DNA of 21,426 nucleotides from Escherichia coli (GTDB lineage Bacteria; Pseudomonadota; Gammaproteobacteria; Enterobacterales; Enterobacteriaceae): NCBI RefSeq assembly GCF_003334765.1, contig NZ_QOWT01000047.1; one strand, 5' to 3'. Shown piece by piece: positions 17,581 to 21,426 of this stretch (position 1 is its first letter; each line of letters starts with the position of its first letter). The notes under the pieces were generated by a model. It saw only the letters and a program-made list of their open reading frames with translations, ran no database searches and was not told where the DNA came from. The position numbers and the translations under genes were made by a program.

Positions 17581-17607
17581 GGTATACCATTTGACAAATA
17601 GTATACC
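17581..17607. promoter_or_regulatory. 27-bp near-perfect palindrome GGTATACCATTTGACAAATAGTATACC upstream of mobC (candidate oriT or operator)
   Basis: Arms GGTATAC/GTATACC and ATTTG/CAAAT are mutually complementary; only 3 asymmetric positions. Located about 100 bp upstream of the mobC start in the mobC-ankyrin intergenic region. Confidence 0.4.
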
Positions 17608-17682
17608 CACGAGGACATATCAGATTAATGGTCATTAAATGAATCCTTGCAGACTAAGAAAAGGGTTGTTTACTCCAGAGTT

Positions 17683-18636
17683 TTAGAGTCTTTTTCGTAC
17701 AGATGAACGGGGGATCTCTGGCTTCATTTCTTTTAACAGGTCTTTTTTCTCTCTTGCTGCGATATAAGAAAAAATCTTATCGGAGTCAGAACGCTGTCTG
17801 AGTATATCGTCGTCCATTCGGATACCATTTCGAATGAACCATTTCACACTTTCTATGCCGGTGTAGATACCAATATGTTTATCATGATAACAATTATAAA
17901 ACTGAACATGACTGATATCGGTATATTTTTTCAGTGAGGTAAAGAAGTACTTCATGTTTTTGACATATAATGCGAAGGAACAGTGTTCAGCGATAAGGAT
18001 ATTACGCCCTTTTTCATGAAGCAAAGCAATTAGAGGCAAAGCCTCAGTTGAAACATGTTTAAATAATACTGGCGTGCTGTCTATTCTATCAACATGGCGT
18101 TTGAGGGCATTAATACTGAAATCATATATCCACCACTCGTTGTCAGTCGGAAGATCCAGCACCGCTTTGCCACCATAATCTCTGTGGTTTATGTCACACC
18201 CTTTATTTACCCAGTAATCAAAGACGTCATGATCGAGGAGGTCATAAAGAAGCGTTTGTCCTTCGTTATCTGTGCTGTGGATATCAATGCCCGCGTTTAT
18301 GAGGAGTTCCGCACAATCTATGGCGTAGCGCTGCCAGTGAAGACAGGACTGGCCTTTATTATTTTTGTGGTGAACGTTAATACCTGACTTTATCAATAGC
18401 CTCACTGCACGTGGGCTTTTTCTGCTAAACAGGGCATTATTACCATAACAATCTGTATGGTTCAGCGCTATGCCTGCTTCAATCATGGCTTTTAAAGCCC
18501 CGATACTGTCGCAACCGAAAAGGGCGTTTTCACCGTGTTCATTAAGTGTGTTAATGTCAATGCCTGCAGCAATGCAATTCTGGACGTCTTTTTTAGTTTT
18601 GCTGTCAAATAAATTATCTTCTGTATAGTTACTCAT
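17683..18636 (-). CDS. Ankyrin-repeat protein (317 aa) with a C-terminal domain of unknown function
   Basis: AAGGAG RBS 8 nt upstream of ATG. At least four ANK-like repeats in residues about 20-150 (…GENALFGCDSIGALKAMIEAGIALNHTDCYGNNALF…AVRLLIKSGINVHHKNNKGQSCLHW…AELLINAGIDIHSTDNEGQTLLY…). C-terminal about 150 aa has no recognisable motif. Confidence 0.8.
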   Translation of the reverse strand: MSNYTEDNLFDSKTKKDVQNCIAAGIDINTLNEHGENALFGCDSIGALKAMIEAGIALNHTDCYGNNALFSRKSPRAVRLLIKSGINVHHKNNKGQSCLHWQRYAIDCAELLINAGIDIHSTDNEGQTLLYDLLDHDVFDYWVNKGCDINHRDYGGKAVLDLPTDNEWWIYDFSINALKRHVDRIDSTPVLFKHVSTEALPLIALLHEKGRNILIAEHCSFALYVKNMKYFFTSLKKYTDISHVQFYNCYHDKHIGIYTGIESVKWFIRNGIRMDDDILRQRSDSDKIFSYIAAREKKDLLKEMKPEIPRSSVRKRL

Positions 18637-18650
18637 GGGCGTTCTCCTTT

Positions 18651-19091
18651 TTAAGCGGTCGTTTTGTGCCAGGTATTATTGTTGTATTCATATTCTTTTA
18701 TCTTAATGATCTCGTCATAGATCCGTGAAAAAGAAAACCATGAGATCTCTTTCACTTCGCCTTTTTTGTTTGTGTAAATGATATTGCAGCCACGAAAAGA
18801 AAATGACTGATAGAAAGTATCGTGATTCTCCTCTTTAAGAAAACGGGTAAAAGCTTTTATGGTGTCTTTTTTTTCCATGCTATAAGAGAAAAAGGTATGG
18901 ATAGCAAATATGGTCAGAATATTTCTTTCCGTCACCATATGTCTGGAAAAATAATTAAGATAAAAAACATGATCTTCAATGCTATTTTTACAGAATATTG
19001 AAAAGTGAGGGTTATACAGACGGTAGAGATCTGTATTCTTTTTTGTTTTAGATAGGTAACTTGTCAGGGTTGAATAGTTTTGTTTTTTCAT
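18651..19091 (-). CDS. Hypothetical protein (146 aa), first gene of the ankyrin operon
   Basis: AAGGAG RBS 8 nt upstream of ATG; stop lies 14 nt before the ankyrin start; Lys/Phe/Tyr-rich; no recognisable motif. Confidence 0.6.
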   Translation of the reverse strand: MKKQNYSTLTSYLSKTKKNTDLYRLYNPHFSIFCKNSIEDHVFYLNYFSRHMVTERNILTIFAIHTFFSYSMEKKDTIKAFTRFLKEENHDTFYQSFSFRGCNIIYTNKKGEVKEISWFSFSRIYDEIIKIKEYEYNNNTWHKTTA

Positions 19092-19672
19092 TTTTATTCT
19101 CCTTTATTATTTTGATGAAATGAATGTATATTATCAAATAAATAAAAATCAAATTTATTTTTAATAATAAAAAATAAGCAAGCGTTTTCTTTTGAATAAA
19201 CTAATTTAATGTGATGTTTTATATAAATAAATTCATAGTTTGCAAAAAGTGCTATTTTTATTTCATGGTTGATTGATGGGCGTTTTTCCCCATTGCTTAG
19301 GGGGAAATATATCCCATTAATATTAAATGTTTGAAGTGAATCGTATTTTAGCAGGGGAATATTATATCTTTTACTTCTGTTTTGATTTTCAACTTTGTGT
19401 GTGAGACACAATATGTGATAGTGTTGTGATAATCGTAAGTATCCTGCCAAAACGAATCATTCACTTTAAACCTTTACTGACATATTGGTTATATATTCTG
19501 AGAAATTTATAGTGCAAAAGGCTCGGTGTGCAGACTTACGCCAGCCCAATCAAGCCGTAGTGCTTTAGTTTTGGGGCTTAGGTATGGTGGAAAAAAGCGA
19601 CTCGTTAAGCTTACTGAGCTCTATGTATTTCAGGAGTCGGTCAGTAAGTTAACGATCCAAGAGGCTCATCAA

Positions 19673-20110
19673 TCATAAGAGATGTATCAATCTTGCGAGA
19701 CTCTCACGGATTTTATCGCCGTCATAAATAGCAATCTCTTCAATATTGTTACCAATGAAAGTTTCAGCTGCCTGGATGGCTATCAGTTCAGACATACCAA
19801 CGTTATCAGCCAGCTGGCGTGCTGCAATGACCTTGCTTTCAAGAGTTAGGATGACCGGCCTGTAGCCTGCGCGTTTGATTTTGATACAGTGTGAAATCAA
19901 TTTCTCCATAGGTGCGGTGGTCACTTGGAATGCAGTCGTACCCACCTGAAAGGCCCCTTCACGGTCAATGTGTGGATCATTAGCATTGGCCCTGCGACTA
20001 CTGATTTTAACATCTAGGGAAACGTAGCTGATGTTTGGCTTCGATAAGATTCTGTAGCACCGCCTCAGTGGGGTTGTCAGAACATTCCGCTGCCGCCTTA
20101 AGAATATCGC
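19673..20110 (-). pseudogene. Start-less ORF, probable gene remnant
   Basis: Minus-strand frame is open from the stop at 20111-20113 to 19673 (about 145 codons) but has no ATG/GTG/TTG start before the GTG at 19945. Sequence (…GYRPVILTLESKVIAARQLADNVGMSELIAIQAAETFIGN…) looks protein-like. Surrounding region 19950-20770 is GC-normal with no intact ORF. Confidence 0.3.
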
Positions 20111-20668
20111 TTACTAGAGATGAAACTGGTTGATTGTAATCCCGGTCGACCGTTACTCTATGTTTATCCGGATAATTTTGGCGTACACATTAAGTGAAGA
20201 AAACTTCAAAGTGATTTGAAACAGATGTTGTATTCACTGGCTCATTTACATTAACTTGAGTGTTGTTCAGCACATGTTGAAACGCAGCTGTAAGGAAGAT
20301 GATACAGCCAAGATGTATCCTTCATTATGGGGATTGGCGCGATGACCACCACGGCTTAGCCCGATTGATTATTTGGAAATTGATTAGAATGCATAATCTG
20401 GGCTGAGCTCACTTAAAGTCTCTAATGTTTGACTTGGAGATTTGGGGGGCAGTGGCTTTCAGTTTTGTTAACTCTAACATCTGGTTTACGTTCCTTTTGG
20501 AACAAGAAGCAGAGGTCTGCTAAGTAATGGTTGTACTGCTTGTGATAGGTATGACTGCATGTTCAGCGAGCAAGAATGGCTTAAAAGTTCTGTTACTGAG
20601 CACCCCATGAAGTTAGAACGATGTCATAACGTGCACGTAACCGTTGAACTGTTCTCTTACAGATAATC

Positions 20669-20707
20669 TCTACATAGCTATTATTGCTTAGGCGGTAGCT
20701 ATGTAGA
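20669..20707 (+). terminator. Perfect 12-bp inverted repeat hairpin followed by T-run (terminator or operator candidate)
   Basis: TCTACATAGCTA-(15 nt)-TAGCTATGTAGA followed by TGGTTTTTG; lies about 75 bp upstream of the NTPase start. Confidence 0.4.
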
Positions 20708-20784
20708 TGGTTTTTGTAATATTATATTAAAAGTTCATACAGCGACTATAGCATCATTGCGAAAAATATCAGGAGGTGAGTTTA

Positions 20785-21349
20785 ATGTTACGAAAAAGCA
20801 AACTTACAGAGATATATAAAAGGTTTGGTTTTACTGAAGAAAATACAGGTAACGAAAGTATTGCTGTATATTCTATTAAAACAGGGCACTACCATAACGC
20901 GGACATACTTCCACTAAATAATGAGGTTAATGTAAATCAAACCTTTGAAGAATATAGGCAGTTAGGTTATGCATGTCAAATTAAAAAATATCAGTCTTAT
21001 GAAGAAGCACATAAGGAATTATTTAATGGCTTCTTTAGCGTCGATTCAACTAAAGAAAGGTTGATTAAAGATTATAATACTTTCACAGATTCAATTGTAA
21101 AAATTCACTCACCTACTGCAACTTATTCCTACATAAATTCAAAATATTACTTAAATGGTGTTATTGGCGAAGCTAATGTTGTTACGGAAATATTAGAGAG
21201 AATACAACATAGGCGTCCAATTCTGTTTTTGATTGAGGCTGCAGCCGGTTTTGGAAAGACTTGCACGGCGTATGAATTATTGAGGGAGATTATAGTTAAC
21301 AATATAGGGAAAATACCATTATTTTCAGAACTATCAAGGAATAGGCAAG
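20785..21349 (+). pseudogene. P-loop NTPase gene (N-terminal unknown domain plus Walker A), 3'-truncated by IS5 insertion
   Basis: AGGAGG RBS 8 nt upstream of ATG 20785 (MLRKSKLTEIYKRFGF…). Walker A …PILFLIEAAAGFGKTCTAYEL… lies about 160 aa in. The reading frame runs straight into the IS5 terminal repeat at 21350 and the in-frame stop is IS-derived. Confidence 0.6.
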
Positions 21350-21426
21350 GGAAGGTGCGAACAAGTCCCTGATATGAGATCATGTTTGTCATCTGGAGCC
21401 ATGGAACAGGGTTCATCATGAGTCAT
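21350..21426 (+). mobile_element. IS5-family insertion sequence, terminal 77 bp (transposase gene begins at 21418 and runs off-window)
   Basis: GGAAGGTGCGAACAAGTCCCTGATATGAGATCATG… is the IS5 terminal repeat; ATGAGTCAT at 21418-21426 is the transposase start. Exact reverse complement of 1-77. Confidence 0.85.

Noticed and set aside
19094-19450. 118-aa minus-strand ORF upstream of the ankyrin operon
   Set aside because: Contains no ATG at all (TTG start only), has no RBS, and is extremely AT-rich; more likely the promoter and leader of the operon. A coding gene cannot be fully excluded.

Overview
This window reads as an E. coli-type chromosomal segment next to a tRNA-Ile2 (CAU) gene, bracketed by two inverted IS5 ends (1-77 and 21350-21426, exact reverse complements). 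From left to right it holds: a GH13 alpha-amylase-like pseudogene cut by IS5; the tRNA; two AT-rich hypothetical ORFs; an IS3-family remnant fused to a Pin-type invertase fragment; a 1526-aa AIDA-I-type autotransporter adhesin (YpjA-like, 4679-9259); then an AT-rich accessory block (about 9.4-21.3 kb). That block carries an AlpA regulator, a winged-HTH RepL-like protein beside 49-bp-period tandem repeats (possible iterons), a mobC-relaxase pair, three small envelope proteins, a tightly coupled two-gene operon ending in an ankyrin-repeat protein, and a P-loop NTPase gene cut by the right-hand IS5. No integrase, CRISPR array or rRNA was found. The most promising candidates for an undescribed system are the ankyrin operon (17683-19091) and the small-envelope-protein trio (14598-15656); the IS5-disrupted NTPase is a likely decayed defence-type gene. 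All family assignments are from motif reading and recall, not from database searches.
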